A stretch of 64,000 bases of DNA, taken from Callorhinchus milii. Its lineage: Eukaryota. Shown here piece after piece: positions 63,560 through 64,000 of this stretch. Position 1 is the first letter of the stretch; each line of letters begins with the position of its first letter. Under the pieces are notes generated by a model, which saw only the letters and a program-made list of their open reading frames with translations, was not told where the DNA came from and did no database searches. The stretch lies in assembly GCF_018977255.1 (NCBI RefSeq), contig NW_024704743.1:27716001-27780000 (forward strand). The letters run 5' to 3'. The position numbers and the translations under genes were made by a program.

Positions 63560-64000
63560 TTGTAAATGAATAGAAAATGGGTAACTCTTTTGGTGCTGAA
63601 TTGATCTTAAAATGAATGCAATCTGTGTTTGTCTGCAGTAACTCTTTGGGCACCGCAATAGCTGCAGTGAGTGAGTGAGTGAGTGTGTGTGAGTGTGTGT
63701 GTGTGAGTGAGTGTGAGTGTGTGTGTGTGTGAGTGAGTGAGTGAGTGTGTGTGTGAGTGAGTGAGTGAGTGTGTATGTGCCGGAGTGAGACTGACTGCAA
63801 AGAATGCTGCTCTACACATGTTTGCACACTTTGGGAGCTGTCAAAGATGTGGATGGCTCTCCCCACCCCCCTCCCTCCTTCTCTCTCTCCCTCCCTCCCT
63901 CTCTCCTTCTTTCTCTCCCCCCTCCCTCCCTCTCTCTCTCCCTCCCTCCCTCTCTCCTTCTCTCTCTCCCCCCTCCTTCCTTCTCTCTCTCCCTCCTCTC

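Overview
Vertebrate genomic DNA, most likely a cartilaginous fish and probably a holocephalan/elephant-shark relative; this is inferred from the SINE/LINE complement. It is not prokaryotic. Two protein-coding genes lie on the + strand. The first is a complete 5-exon VSTM2A gene (CDS 22538-22616, 24253-24422, 26425-26475, 29082-29451, 31154-31233; 249 aa, signal peptide + Ig V-set domain + hydrophobic GPI-signal-like tail). It has a second in-frame terminal acceptor (31273) giving a hydrophilic, probably secreted C-terminus, and a candidate third terminal exon (35616). The second is the first coding exon of the formin FHOD3 (63050-63214), which runs off the window end. The rest is repeat-rich: two tRNA-headed SINE families sharing an L2-like 3' tail, LF-SINE-like relics, L2 and CR1 LINE fragments, two decayed Gypsy-type LTR retrotransposons, palindromic MITEs, an unclassified ~460 bp dispersed repeat, minisatellites, and a 2.3 kb GT-rich satellite that folds back on itself upstream of FHOD3. 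I found no convincing wholly new biological system. The strongest leads are the anchored/secreted C-terminal switch of VSTM2A, the VSTM2A-FHOD3 adjacency, the fold-back palindrome at the FHOD3 promoter and the modular SINE/MITE structures. Family and orthology calls come from recalled sequences, not from searches run here. Repeat boundaries are approximate.
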